Shown piece after piece: positions 1 to 9,389 of a stretch of 64,000 nt of DNA. Below the pieces are notes generated by a model, which saw only the letters and a list, made by a program, of their open reading frames with translations, did not search any database and was not told where the DNA came from. Both the position numbers and the translations under genes were made by a program. Source of the DNA: an uncultured Nitrososphaerota archaeon (GTDB lineage Archaea; Asgardarchaeota; Njordarchaeia; Njordarchaeales; Njordarchaeaceae); NCBI GenBank assembly GCA_964518475.1, contig CAZFGR010000008.1, positions 1 through 64,000 of the forward strand, given 5' to 3'. Numbering within the stretch: the first letter of the stretch is position 1; each line of letters starts with the position of its first letter.

Positions 1-412
1 CTAACTTATTAAGAGGAACTTTCTCCCAGAGATAACCAACTACATTGCCATTCCAAATTATTGAGTAATATGGATAACCGGAATATTGTTCGCCCAAAAT
101 TGCTGAAGAGAGAATGTCTTTAACCCGTTTCTTAACATCTTCAGAAGACACTTGAAAATTAAATTGATTCTGAGACTGAGGCGTATATTGTTGGGGAGGA
201 GTATATTGCGGAGTCCATTCAGATTGTGGCGTAGTCTGCTGAGATTGTGCTTGCTGAAGATTAATTGTTGAACTCGTCCATCTCCACCATCTCCATCCAG
301 GAGAATTCCTTCCCCACCATCTCGGCCAGTAATACCCAGCTCCCCACCAGTTCCACCATCTGTAGAATCTTCTACACCAGAATCTTCTACCTCTTCTACC
401 CCATCTAGGCAT
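1..412 (-). CDS. Hypothetical protein (partial, runs off window start) with extremely Trp/Arg-rich N-terminus (DUF5320-like start) and Gln/Pro-rich linker
   Basis: Manual translation: ATG at 412 after a GGTGA RBS; MPRWGRRGRRFWCRRFYRWWNWWGAGYYWPRWWGRNSPGWRWWRW...QYTPPQQYTPQSQ...IIWNGNVVGYLWEKVPLNKL, open to position 1; absent from the ORF track. Confidence 0.75.
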   Translation of the reverse strand, partial: MPRWGRRGRRFWCRRFYRWWNWWGAGYYWPRWWGRNSPGWRWWRWTSSTINLQQAQSQQTTPQSEWTPQYTPPQQYTPQSQNQFNFQVSSEDVKKRVKDILSSAILGEQYSGYPYYSIIWNGNVVGYLWEKVPLNKL

Positions 413-602
413 TTTTAATTCACCAGACTCTCAAGAAGATATTACAATTTAATTTGCAATATTAGAATTTGATTTATAAATATTTGCCATAAGAAAAACT
501 TTGTAAAGTAGCTAATAGGGCTAACCCCATGATAGTTAAAATTAAAAAGAATAACTAAAGTATTAATAATATTACAAATACATTTGTGATGAGGTAATCT
601 CA

Positions 603-914
603 ATGGTGAACTCTCTAATCACTTTCCTCCTTGCTAATAAGTTATTGCTTTATGGATTGCTCGGCGGTATAGGGATCATATTAGTACTTGTCATAAGGAG
701 GAAAAAACGTCGTAACTTTGTCTTGCCTCCACCTGAACCATTCTATGCTTCTCATCCGCCTCAATATAGTTTATGGCAAGGTAATTCCTCCCAACCCGTC
801 AGCCAGGGGTTCGAAACACCGTATTATAATCAACCAGTATATCCTAGGTCTGGATTTGGGAGAATGTCCCAGAGAGGAGGAAGAAGATTAAGACGACGAG
901 GCCGGAGGAAATAG
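603..914 (+). CDS. Small single-pass membrane protein with Pro/Tyr/Gln-rich middle and Arg/Gly-rich tail
   Basis: GAGGT RBS; N-terminal hydrophobic helix followed by RRKKRR; tail QRGGRRLRRRGRRK. Confidence 0.65.
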   Translation: MVNSLITFLLANKLLLYGLLGGIGIILVLVIRRKKRRNFVLPPPEPFYASHPPQYSLWQGNSSQPVSQGFETPYYNQPVYPRSGFGRMSQRGGRRLRRRGRRK

Positions 915-975
915 ATTTTACTGGTTAACGCGGTATTATGAGACCGATTTCATGAGTGCTTGTATTGAGGAGAAA

Positions 976-1235
976 TTGCAGCTCCCTATGCGTGAAGAAG
1001 GGTATCTGGAAGCTATCTATATTCTCCCTCTGAAAAGGAGATTTATTTGAATTAAAGATCTATCAGAGATACTCAACATTAAATCCGCAAGTGTGGTAGA
1101 TTTCCTAAAAGGTTTAAAAAATCGTGGCCTCATCTCATATGAGAGAGATATATATAACACTATGCATTAACACTAGAAGAAGAGAGAATAGCTAGGGAAA
1201 TCTATAAGCGTCATATAATTACTAAAATGTTTTCT
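976..1235 (+). pseudogene. DtxR/MntR-family metal-dependent regulator pseudogene
   Basis: Reads REEGYLEAIYIL...FI*IKDLSEILNIKSASVVDFLKGLKNRGLISYE, then after a frameshift EERIAREIYKRH; in-frame TGA at 1048-1050; GAGGAG RBS upstream. Confidence 0.8.
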
Positions 1236-1309
1236 TCTTGACTTTTTCAATTAGATTATCGCTTATGAAATAAAAATATATAAATGTATAAAGATAGTTT
1301 CTTTTTAAG

Positions 1310-2332
1310 GTGGGGAAGATGTCCGTGTTTTCTGCTATAGCACTTATCTCTACTTTTCTTCAACTTACTTCTCAAGCAGAAGATTTTGTGAATTTTTTAA
1401 GGATTACTAAAAAGTTTTTTGCAAACATAATAAATAAGACGAGGATATCTGAGGCAATTATGTTATGGTTTGAGTCGGTGGAGAAGTTACCTTCAATGAT
1501 ACAGATTAGCGAGACTGGACGGGATAGAGGAGCTCTATCAATTAGAGAATATTATAGAGTGGTGGACAAGTGGGAAGTAGGAGACAAAATCGAGATAGAG
1601 GGCGTTTTTTCGAGGTTCTTCCCACTGATCCTTGACCCTGATCCTAGATCATTGATAAATGATTTAAAAAAGAGAGTTCAGGTGATTCCTAAAAGATTGG
1701 ATGATTATTTGAGAGAGCTAAGAAAAAAGGGCTTAGAGTTATATTCCGACGAATTTCAAGTTTTATTGAATTTTCTGGAGTTTGGGGACGAGTTTAGGTT
1801 CCGGACAACGGCAGTAATTAGAGACATTCCAATAAGAATGCATAATAAATATGGCTACTTATGTGCCCTCTACGTGAACAAATCAACAGTAAATCTTGGA
1901 GCGATACCTCTAATTGTTTTCTCTGCCCAAGAAAGAGAACCTAAGTATCACACTTTTTATGCACGGATATATGGCAGAATAGCTGGAATAAAAACTGAGA
2001 AGAGGCCTCTAAAAGTAATCGTGGTGAATGAGTGGGATAATGTTGAAGAACTAGACAGAGACTCTATCCTATATCTTTCTCAATGGGTATTAGTGAAGGT
2101 AGCGAATAGTGATGAGATTTTCCCGATAGTTCCAAGATGCGATTTAGCTAATCCCACATTTTATGACATAACCAAACAATTCTTACGAAATTTATTAGAG
2201 GTTGAAGAAAAGATATTTGGGACAAAACTGAATACTGTGGTTGAAGCAGACATGGTTAATAGAATCGACAACACAATTAATAGAAACATGGGGATAAAAA
2301 TTCTAAAAGATACGGTGAAGAGAATTCAATAA
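1310..2332 (+). CDS. Hypothetical protein (no recognised family)
   Basis: 340-aa ORF with upstream TATA-like element; no recognisable motif. Confidence 0.7.
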   Translation: MGKMSVFSAIALISTFLQLTSQAEDFVNFLRITKKFFANIINKTRISEAIMLWFESVEKLPSMIQISETGRDRGALSIREYYRVVDKWEVGDKIEIEGVFSRFFPLILDPDPRSLINDLKKRVQVIPKRLDDYLRELRKKGLELYSDEFQVLLNFLEFGDEFRFRTTAVIRDIPIRMHNKYGYLCALYVNKSTVNLGAIPLIVFSAQEREPKYHTFYARIYGRIAGIKTEKRPLKVIVVNEWDNVEELDRDSILYLSQWVLVKVANSDEIFPIVPRCDLANPTFYDITKQFLRNLLEVEEKIFGTKLNTVVEADMVNRIDNTINRNMGIKILKDTVKRIQ

Positions 2333-2339
2333 GTGAATA

Positions 2340-2750
2340 ACATCTTTGCTATCTTTGTTTTCAGGAATTTTATGACGAAACTTTATTAGATACTACTAAT
2401 CTGTCGATATCACTAGCAAATCTATAATTGTTTTCAACCACGGATTCGAGTAAGAATATTTCAGTTTTCTTCTCCAAACTCATTATGAAGGGTTTTCTTT
2501 GTAGGAAAAATAAGTGGAAATATATTCAGAGGCATATAAATAGATGCGCCACTAGAAAACCACTCAGCAAAACCAGAATACCTAGAAGGGTGTAAGTTCA
2601 TCAAAAGATGAGAAAGGTAGATGGCCTAGTGGTCTTCGCATCTCTGCTTTCGATTAAAGAACTTTATCTAGCACTTTCTTGATTTTATCGATAAATTTCA
2701 TCAATATTATCGAAGTATTTTTTCTCATCTATTTTTCGATTTTCACTGAC
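2340..2750 (-). pseudogene. Minimal nucleotidyltransferase (MNT) family remnant
   Basis: 2483-2370 reads MSLEKKTEIFLLESVVENNYRFASDIDRLVVS (degenerate LFGS..G....SDID motif); upstream fragments KKYFDNIDE / FIDKIKKVLDKVL* resemble the N-terminus of archaeal MNTs. Confidence 0.55.
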
Positions 2751-2762
2751 GATTCAAGTATT

Positions 2763-4079
2763 TTAAGTTTCTTCTCCCAGTAATAATTTTACGGCTTTAG
2801 TAATGGTATTTTCTTTTCCAAACCCTCCAGCCTTCGTTACTATGTACAATTCTCTAGATTTCATAGTTGCTTTTGTTAGCGGGACTCCTGGATCTATCTC
2901 ATCCACGATCTCTAGTGCATCTATTAGTAGTTTCCTACATGTATTTATGGCTATATCGCCCCCAGTTATCACCATGCCCGCGAGTTCTTTTCCTACATCG
3001 GTTGCGATCGCTTTGCCTAGTTCTCCAAGAAAACTGGCGATTTTTCCAGCAACCATCTCGCGGCTCAGACCCATGTTTTGCCCAACCTTCTGCGTCTTTT
3101 CTACATCCTCGCGGGATTTAGCGCTTCTAACCACTATACATCTTCTTCCTTGACTAATACTTTCTCTTGCCCTCTTAACTATCTCTTGGAAAACCTTTTC
3201 TGGATTTTTCAGGATCAAGGATGCATCAATATCTATTATTTCGCTATCCACATGCTCTTTCAAGTGCCTGACTTGTTCGAGAGTTGCTGGATTTACGGAT
3301 CCGCATAGACAAACTACATAGCTCCCCTCTATAGAGAGCTTTTTCTCGGACATACTTTCTTTCTCTCCCCAAGCCTTTGGCAGTTCTCTTGCTAAACCAG
3401 CGGATCCTGAATATATTGCTTCGCCATAATAATCTTTTATGGCGAGGGATATGTCTTGGAGATTTTCCTGTGTAGCAGCGTCAAAAACTATTATATTCGC
3501 CTCTCCGCGCAGCTCCTCCACTCTTTTTCTAATACTTTCCACTCCTCCCGAGACGTAATCATACGATACATGGCCTATTGTTCTCCTTGATTGCTTCTTT
3601 ATTATGGACAATACGTTTGCTTCCTTAACGGGTGATACTGGGTCATCAGCGAAGGGTGTGAGGTCTAGTGGAGAACCGTGAACAAGTAAGTAGCCTCCCA
3701 TAACTATCCTCCCATTCAATGGGAAGGCAGGGGTAAATAATGCTAATTCTCTACCTAATCCATCAAGAACCCCATCTAGTTCCACACCTATGTTTCCCCG
3801 CATCGTAGAATCTACTTTCTTATAGACCACTTCAACCACTTCACGTCGCAGTGCCTCCGCGACCTCTCTACATTTTTTATATGCTTTTTCTGGTGGATCT
3901 GCTCTACTCTCTGTGTTAATTACCACAACGTTGGCTAGTCCCCGTAGCCTATCTATTTTCTCGGTGATATTAGTGGGATCTATGATTACGTATGATTTGT
4001 ATTCGTATCTGGTAAACTGTACCCCCGTATCATTGGCTCCCGTTAAGTCATCAGCTATTATCACGTATCTAAAAACCAT
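2763..4079 (-). CDS. Four-carbon acid sugar kinase (DUF1537, DtnK/DenK-like)
   Basis: IADDLTGANDTG, YKKVDSTMRGN, GSAGLA, TGGDIA, TKAGGFG motifs. Confidence 0.93.
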   Translation of the reverse strand: MVFRYVIIADDLTGANDTGVQFTRYEYKSYVIIDPTNITEKIDRLRGLANVVVINTESRADPPEKAYKKCREVAEALRREVVEVVYKKVDSTMRGNIGVELDGVLDGLGRELALFTPAFPLNGRIVMGGYLLVHGSPLDLTPFADDPVSPVKEANVLSIIKKQSRRTIGHVSYDYVSGGVESIRKRVEELRGEANIIVFDAATQENLQDISLAIKDYYGEAIYSGSAGLARELPKAWGEKESMSEKKLSIEGSYVVCLCGSVNPATLEQVRHLKEHVDSEIIDIDASLILKNPEKVFQEIVKRARESISQGRRCIVVRSAKSREDVEKTQKVGQNMGLSREMVAGKIASFLGELGKAIATDVGKELAGMVITGGDIAINTCRKLLIDALEIVDEIDPGVPLTKATMKSRELYIVTKAGGFGKENTITKAVKLLLGEET

Positions 4080-4098
4080 TTCTACCAGCCCTTAATCT

Positions 4099-5127
4099 TC
4101 AGAATCGCTCTCTATACTTTCTACTATTCTTTACCATGAGGGCAGCGTATTTTATGGCGTTTATCATGCTACCTGGGTGCGCAGTTCCTTTACCCGCCCT
4201 ATTAAACGAGGTGCCATGATCCACAGATGTTCTGATAATAGGGAGGCCCAGTGTTATGTTAACGCCCTCATAAAAACCTAAAACCTTTATTGGAATGTGT
4301 CCTTGGTCATGATACATAGCGACAACAACATCGAAATCTCCTCTAATTGCTTTATAGAATATAGTATCCGCGGGCAATGGACCAACAGCATCAATACCTA
4401 ATTCTCTAGCCTCATTCACCGCTGGCTCTATCTCCTCTATTTCCTCCCTACCGAACAATCCCCCTTCTCCAGCATGGGGATTCAGAGCTGCTACCGCTAT
4501 TTTTGGACGTTCTATCCCAAAGAACTTTCTTAGACCTTCATCTGTTATCTTAATAACTGTCAAGACTCTGTCTTTTTGAATCAAGTCACATGCTTCTCTA
4601 AGAGATACATGCGTGGTAACGTGAGAGACTTTCAGATTTTTCGTGGTAAGCATCATTACCGCATGTCGAGCTTTGGTGAGATCTTTTAATAGTCCCGTAT
4701 GGCCATTGTAATGGTATCCAGCCTTGTTTATCGCCTCTTTGTTGATAGGTCCAGTAGCTATAGCATCTATTTCTCCTCTAAGCGCCAGATTAACGGCTTC
4801 TATGATATACTCCACAGAAGCTTTTCCAGCTTCTGCACTAACTCTTCCTATAGGTACTTTGTCGAGATCTACATTGTCTAGATCCAGAACATCTATTACG
4901 CCATGTTTATACTCAGCTTCTCCAACACTCTTGACAGAACGTACTTTCAAATGAGTAAGATTCGTGAATTTTAATGCTCTCTTAATTACTTTAGCATCCC
5001 CTATAACTATGGGTCGGGCGATATCATAGATCTCTCTCAACGAGAGTGCTTTAACAACGACTTCTGGCCCAATACCTGCTGGGTCACCCATTGTTATTCC
5101 TATTATTGGTCTCTCCTCATCGCTCAC
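4099..5127 (-). CDS. pdxA: PdxA-family dehydrogenase (likely PdxA2, 4-phospho-tetronate dehydrogenase)
   Basis: GITMGDPAGIGPE, GHT, LNPHAGEGG, AMYHDQGHIP, RTSVDHGT; GTG start at 5127 after a G-rich RBS; adjacent to a DUF1537 kinase. Confidence 0.93.
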   Translation of the reverse strand: MSDEERPIIGITMGDPAGIGPEVVVKALSLREIYDIARPIVIGDAKVIKRALKFTNLTHLKVRSVKSVGEAEYKHGVIDVLDLDNVDLDKVPIGRVSAEAGKASVEYIIEAVNLALRGEIDAIATGPINKEAINKAGYHYNGHTGLLKDLTKARHAVMMLTTKNLKVSHVTTHVSLREACDLIQKDRVLTVIKITDEGLRKFFGIERPKIAVAALNPHAGEGGLFGREEIEEIEPAVNEARELGIDAVGPLPADTIFYKAIRGDFDVVVAMYHDQGHIPIKVLGFYEGVNITLGLPIIRTSVDHGTSFNRAGKGTAHPGSMINAIKYAALMVKNSRKYRERF

Positions 5128-5140
5128 ACATAACCCCCCT

Positions 5141-6454
5141 CTATTCAAGAATCGGTAATGTGTCACAGCCGTGGGGAATTGCTACTATCCTGGCATTATC
5201 TCCATGCTTCTTAAAGGCCATTTTAAGGGCCTCATCTATGGTTTCCGCATATTTAAATCCGAGTTTCTCTGTCTCTTCTTCACTTATACCCTCGGAGACC
5301 AAGATAATATCCGCTCTTCTCCTTACCTTACCCCATGCGATTGCCAATGAAGCAGCTACTACATCCTTTACTTCTCCCAAATTTACAGCCCTATCAATCT
5401 CCTCCGGCTCCTTCTGAGTAAGCTCCAATACCTCTGGATGGGTAACCGCAACCCCCTCTGGGCACGGAGATACAATAATTATTGTTCCACCATCCTTTAC
5501 AACAATATCCGCTGGGTATAAAGCCTTGTGTGCTTGCCAAAACTCTAATTCGCATGGATAAGAACTCGCTACCACAATATCTGCCTTTCCTGGGGATTTT
5601 ACACCATAAATCTCCCTTGCACTCTCCACCCCTTTTAACCAAGCTTCCTGGAGGTCACCGAAGAAGACCCCGACAACTTCTTTATCAGCGTTTAATGTAG
5701 TATTAAGGATTGTATGAACACCAGTTTTTCTAGCTATCTCATCTATTAAATCCCTCACGGGGTTCCTAGGTATCCCTAACCAATGCCTCCTGCTCCTTAC
5801 ACTCAACATGTGGAAACTAGCGACTGTCTCGGGACTCGAGATTCCCGGCGCCACTATTTTACCTCCACCAGCATAGCCTGGGATGTGATGCGGCACAATA
5901 TTCCCGACACCTATTTTAAAATCGGCTTCGTAAACAATCTTATTCACGATTATTGGTGTTCCTTTCGAGCTCCCACCAATATATACCAGATTCTTGGGAT
6001 CCATCCATTCATGGTTAATAATCTCTACTCTCTCCACAACCTCTTTACCGAATTTTTCCAGAATCTCTTCCTTGGTCATATAGCGGTGAGTACCTAACGC
6101 GATTACAATCGTTATGTCTTCATCGAGGATGCCGGCCTCGTTCAACTTATCTAACAATGGTGGAATAAGATCCTTGGTTGGTGTTGGCCGGGTATTATCA
6201 TCCGCTACAATAACGACCTTATCTCCCCTCTTAACTAATTCTGACAGTTTCTTAGTGCCAATAGGGTTCTCCAGAGCCTTAAGAGTTTTCTGGCGAATCT
6301 CCTCGGAACTCCTTGCTCCGGGAATTTTACTGGGTTCTAAAACAGCTAATAGATTTCTTTTAGGGATCTCAAATGATAAGTATTTCCCTCCATAAGGCAA
6401 AAAAACCTCTACTCGGTCGCCTCGTTCGGCATAAAATCTCATCTTTCTCACCAT
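5141..6454 (-). CDS. larA: LarA-family nickel-pincer-dependent 2-hydroxy acid racemase/epimerase
   Basis: DDNTRPTP, ALGTHR, VPHHIPGYAGGGK, FH, WQAHK motifs. Confidence 0.92.
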   Translation of the reverse strand: MVRKMRFYAERGDRVEVFLPYGGKYLSFEIPKRNLLAVLEPSKIPGARSSEEIRQKTLKALENPIGTKKLSELVKRGDKVVIVADDNTRPTPTKDLIPPLLDKLNEAGILDEDITIVIALGTHRYMTKEEILEKFGKEVVERVEIINHEWMDPKNLVYIGGSSKGTPIIVNKIVYEADFKIGVGNIVPHHIPGYAGGGKIVAPGISSPETVASFHMLSVRSRRHWLGIPRNPVRDLIDEIARKTGVHTILNTTLNADKEVVGVFFGDLQEAWLKGVESAREIYGVKSPGKADIVVASSYPCELEFWQAHKALYPADIVVKDGGTIIIVSPCPEGVAVTHPEVLELTQKEPEEIDRAVNLGEVKDVVAASLAIAWGKVRRRADIILVSEGISEEETEKLGFKYAETIDEALKMAFKKHGDNARIVAIPHGCDTLPILE

Positions 6455-6563
6455 GTGATTCCAAAATAGAGAAGGAGAATAATTAAATAAAAGTGTGATT
6501 CACTATTTACTGATAAAAAGAAAGATAGCTTATTGTGGATTGATTAGTAATTTTAATAAGTGA

Positions 6564-7454
6564 TTAACTCTCAGTCTCTTCTTCCTGGCTTGTTTGTTCT
6601 TGTTGACTTGTTTCGGGAATTATTCCAAGAATTTCCTTAAGGATGTTTATAGCTTCTTCGGAAGAAACTGAGTGTCTGTCTAGCTCTGTATCAAGGTTCT
6701 CTATTATTTTCTCTATTCTGTCACTCCAGAATTTTACAGAGACTAGTGAAGCTATCAGTGATCCTATAGAGATTGTTCCTAGAACGAAGAGTACTAGTTG
6801 TAGGAAAAGTACAGTACCAGAGAATATATCCCAGTTCGCTGTTTTCAGGGAGTCTAGGAATACCCAGAGTAAGACGATTAGGTTACCATATCCAAAAATT
6901 CCTCTCAGAATTCTTCTCAGGGACTTGCCAGGATATTCTATTAGGGCTTTCTTAGCATCTAGTATCCTGTATCTGGAGTTCTCTACAATGTATATGGAGA
7001 TACCTATTGGAGACACTACAAGGGATACAACTACAGCGAGTACTAAAGCAATAATCAGTTGCTGAGTGGTGGCGAATGCCTCTTCTCCAGAAGTTCCTAA
7101 GAATTTAGTGATTAATAATACCGCTATGAAGTTCATTAGGATAATTACTCGTGACAACTCTACAGCATCGCTTAGACTCTCTACTTTCTTTGCATGTGTT
7201 TCCGACAAGCCAACCACTTTATAACCGATTTTTCTTAGTACTACAACTTCTCTTACTACCCAGTCCGTGACTAGTCTTCCTACCCTATCCCATAGGAAGC
7301 GAAAACCCAACAGCATTGCGATTGAAAAACCTATCATTAAGATTGGGGATGCTAATGGGTATTTAGCAACGCTTACAGCCCCGAGAAGAGCGTATATAAT
7401 TATCCATCCAATAGTTTTGAAGTTCGGTCTAGATAACAAACTTGTAACCTCCAA
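6564..7454 (-). CDS. Multi-pass membrane protein, unknown function
   Basis: About 6 hydrophobic segments; acidic C-terminal tail. Confidence 0.7.
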   Translation of the reverse strand: MEVTSLLSRPNFKTIGWIIIYALLGAVSVAKYPLASPILMIGFSIAMLLGFRFLWDRVGRLVTDWVVREVVVLRKIGYKVVGLSETHAKKVESLSDAVELSRVIILMNFIAVLLITKFLGTSGEEAFATTQQLIIALVLAVVVSLVVSPIGISIYIVENSRYRILDAKKALIEYPGKSLRRILRGIFGYGNLIVLLWVFLDSLKTANWDIFSGTVLFLQLVLFVLGTISIGSLIASLVSVKFWSDRIEKIIENLDTELDRHSVSSEEAINILKEILGIIPETSQQEQTSQEEETES

Positions 7455-7626
7455 ACCTCATCTTTGGAATACATAAACGCTTGAAAATTTAAAAAATATG
7501 CTAAATTAGTGATGCATCGGTGAAAGCTTAACGGTTTTACCTCTTTGATTCATAATTATTAATCAAAGCTTATATGTACTGTTTCGAACATCTTTAATAA
7601 CGAGGGGTAGTTTTCTTGGTTCTAAA

Positions 7627-9378
7627 ATGCGTGGAAAAAAAGGTTTGAAACTAAAACCAAGGCCATACCAATACAAAGCAAAGGATATAGCGTTGAAGAA
7701 GAAGAGAGCTGTAATTGTTATGCCGACGGGCACTGGGAAAACCCTCGTTGGTCTCCTCTGGGCTAAGGAGTTACTGGAAAGTGGTAAAGTTAGGAAGATT
7801 CTTATTCTCGAGCCTACCCGAATCTTGGTGGAGCAAGTTGCTCTTTTTTACAGGAAGATAGCTGGGATGAATGCTACTCCTATACATGGTTTAATGTCAG
7901 AAGAGGCGAAGAGGGAGGGCTGGAGAAGTAGTATAGTCGTAACGACTCCTGAAGAAATGTTGTTTAATATCGAGAAATTGGATTCCTTTGACGCGATAAT
8001 TGTTGATGAGTGTCACCACTCTGTTGGCGAAGATGCTTTTAAGAAAGTGCTTGAGAGGGCTTCTGCTGAGTGGAGACTCGGTTTATCAGCTCATATTCCG
8101 AAGAAGTATAAGCGAGAAATAGAGTTTCTCATAGGTGATATTCATGAGTGGAAATCGAGTGATCCGGAGATAGCGCCATATATTCCTAAGTGGATTGGTG
8201 AAATCTACGAGACCCCCCTTAGCGCAGAAGCGATGAGGATTTATAATGAGATAGAGAAGCTATGGATATCAGCTAAGGGGAGAGAAAAAATGTTGTATGC
8301 GTTAGCATTGAGGTTCTTATCTCGAGACGGAGCCTTGGCTCTAAAAGAGAGTGTCTCCAAAGATACTATGTTAGCAAAGTTATTAGAACCTTTTAAAGAG
8401 GATATTTTGAAACTACCAGATCTACACAAATATGATAAACTAAGGAAGGTTCTCGAAAACTATGATTTTGATAAAGCGATAATTTTTGTCGATAGAGTAA
8501 TTGTCGCTAAGAAACTTTTCGATCTTCTCAAGGAGTACGAGCCAGTGCTAATAACGGGTAGGAGAAGCGGTATAAAGGATGCTATGATTAAACAATCCTT
8601 AGAATTGGCTAGGAGACCGGAGCATAGGGTCATAATATCTACCTCAGCGGGAGAGGAGGGCGTGGATTTACCGTCAGCTGATTTATTAGTCCTCTGGAGC
8701 AATGTTGCTAGCCTTCTAAGATTTATTCAGAGACACGGGAGAATACTGAGAAAAACAAAGCCCCTAAAATACGTTGTTTATCTAGTGACCCCTGATACAG
8801 TAGATATGAATGCATTCCTTGACTCGGTTATTCTGGCGAAGAGAGCTGGGGTAGACATGAATATTAGCGAGGAACTCGTTTACCGCTTAGCCAAGAAGTC
8901 CCCCAGGACTCTGATAATTGATTCTCTTGAGGTGCCTATGCCGCCTGAATGGATAAGGGAGATAACTGGATTAACTAGCACAGATGTGCAAAGAGGTTTG
9001 AGATTATTCTTATCGGAGGGCGAGATATTCTATGTCTACACACCACTTGGGAAAACAATAGCAAAGCCTGACCACATACCTTTACTGTATGAAGAGCACT
9101 CCGAATACTTTGATCCAACTGATGTAAAAGCCAAAGCAATCATTACTAATAAGAGGAGAAGATTCGTTGAAGGGGATTTCAAAACTATATACGCTACATT
9201 GTCCAAGATTCTTGAAAAAGGCGGAATAAATGGGTTGAAAATCGTTATTAGGGAGAGAGAAGATGCGGTAGAGTATGTCTATACACTCAGCTATAACTTT
9301 AAGATTACTAGTAAAGAAGTCCTAGAAGCTGTTCTCAGAAACGCTTTCTCGAGAAAAACATACAAAGAGTTTGGCTGA
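7627..9378 (+). CDS. Superfamily 2 DEAD/DEAH helicase, Hef/ERCC4-like helicase core
   Basis: PRPYQ, PTGTGKT, PTRILVEQ, DECHH, STSAGEEGVDLP, QRHGRILR. Confidence 0.9.
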   Translation: MRGKKGLKLKPRPYQYKAKDIALKKKRAVIVMPTGTGKTLVGLLWAKELLESGKVRKILILEPTRILVEQVALFYRKIAGMNATPIHGLMSEEAKREGWRSSIVVTTPEEMLFNIEKLDSFDAIIVDECHHSVGEDAFKKVLERASAEWRLGLSAHIPKKYKREIEFLIGDIHEWKSSDPEIAPYIPKWIGEIYETPLSAEAMRIYNEIEKLWISAKGREKMLYALALRFLSRDGALALKESVSKDTMLAKLLEPFKEDILKLPDLHKYDKLRKVLENYDFDKAIIFVDRVIVAKKLFDLLKEYEPVLITGRRSGIKDAMIKQSLELARRPEHRVIISTSAGEEGVDLPSADLLVLWSNVASLLRFIQRHGRILRKTKPLKYVVYLVTPDTVDMNAFLDSVILAKRAGVDMNISEELVYRLAKKSPRTLIIDSLEVPMPPEWIREITGLTSTDVQRGLRLFLSEGEIFYVYTPLGKTIAKPDHIPLLYEEHSEYFDPTDVKAKAIITNKRRRFVEGDFKTIYATLSKILEKGGINGLKIVIREREDAVEYVYTLSYNFKITSKEVLEAVLRNAFSRKTYKEFG

Positions 9379-9389
9379 AGGACAAAGCA

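Noticed and set aside
1048-1050. In-frame TGA in the DtxR-like gene as selenocysteine or readthrough
   Set aside because: The position corresponds to a usual Arg (CGA to TGA) and a frameshift follows, so ordinary decay explains it
4099-5127. pdxA as vitamin B6 biosynthesis
   Set aside because: It is linked to a DUF1537 kinase and no pdxJ is nearby, which points to catabolic PdxA2
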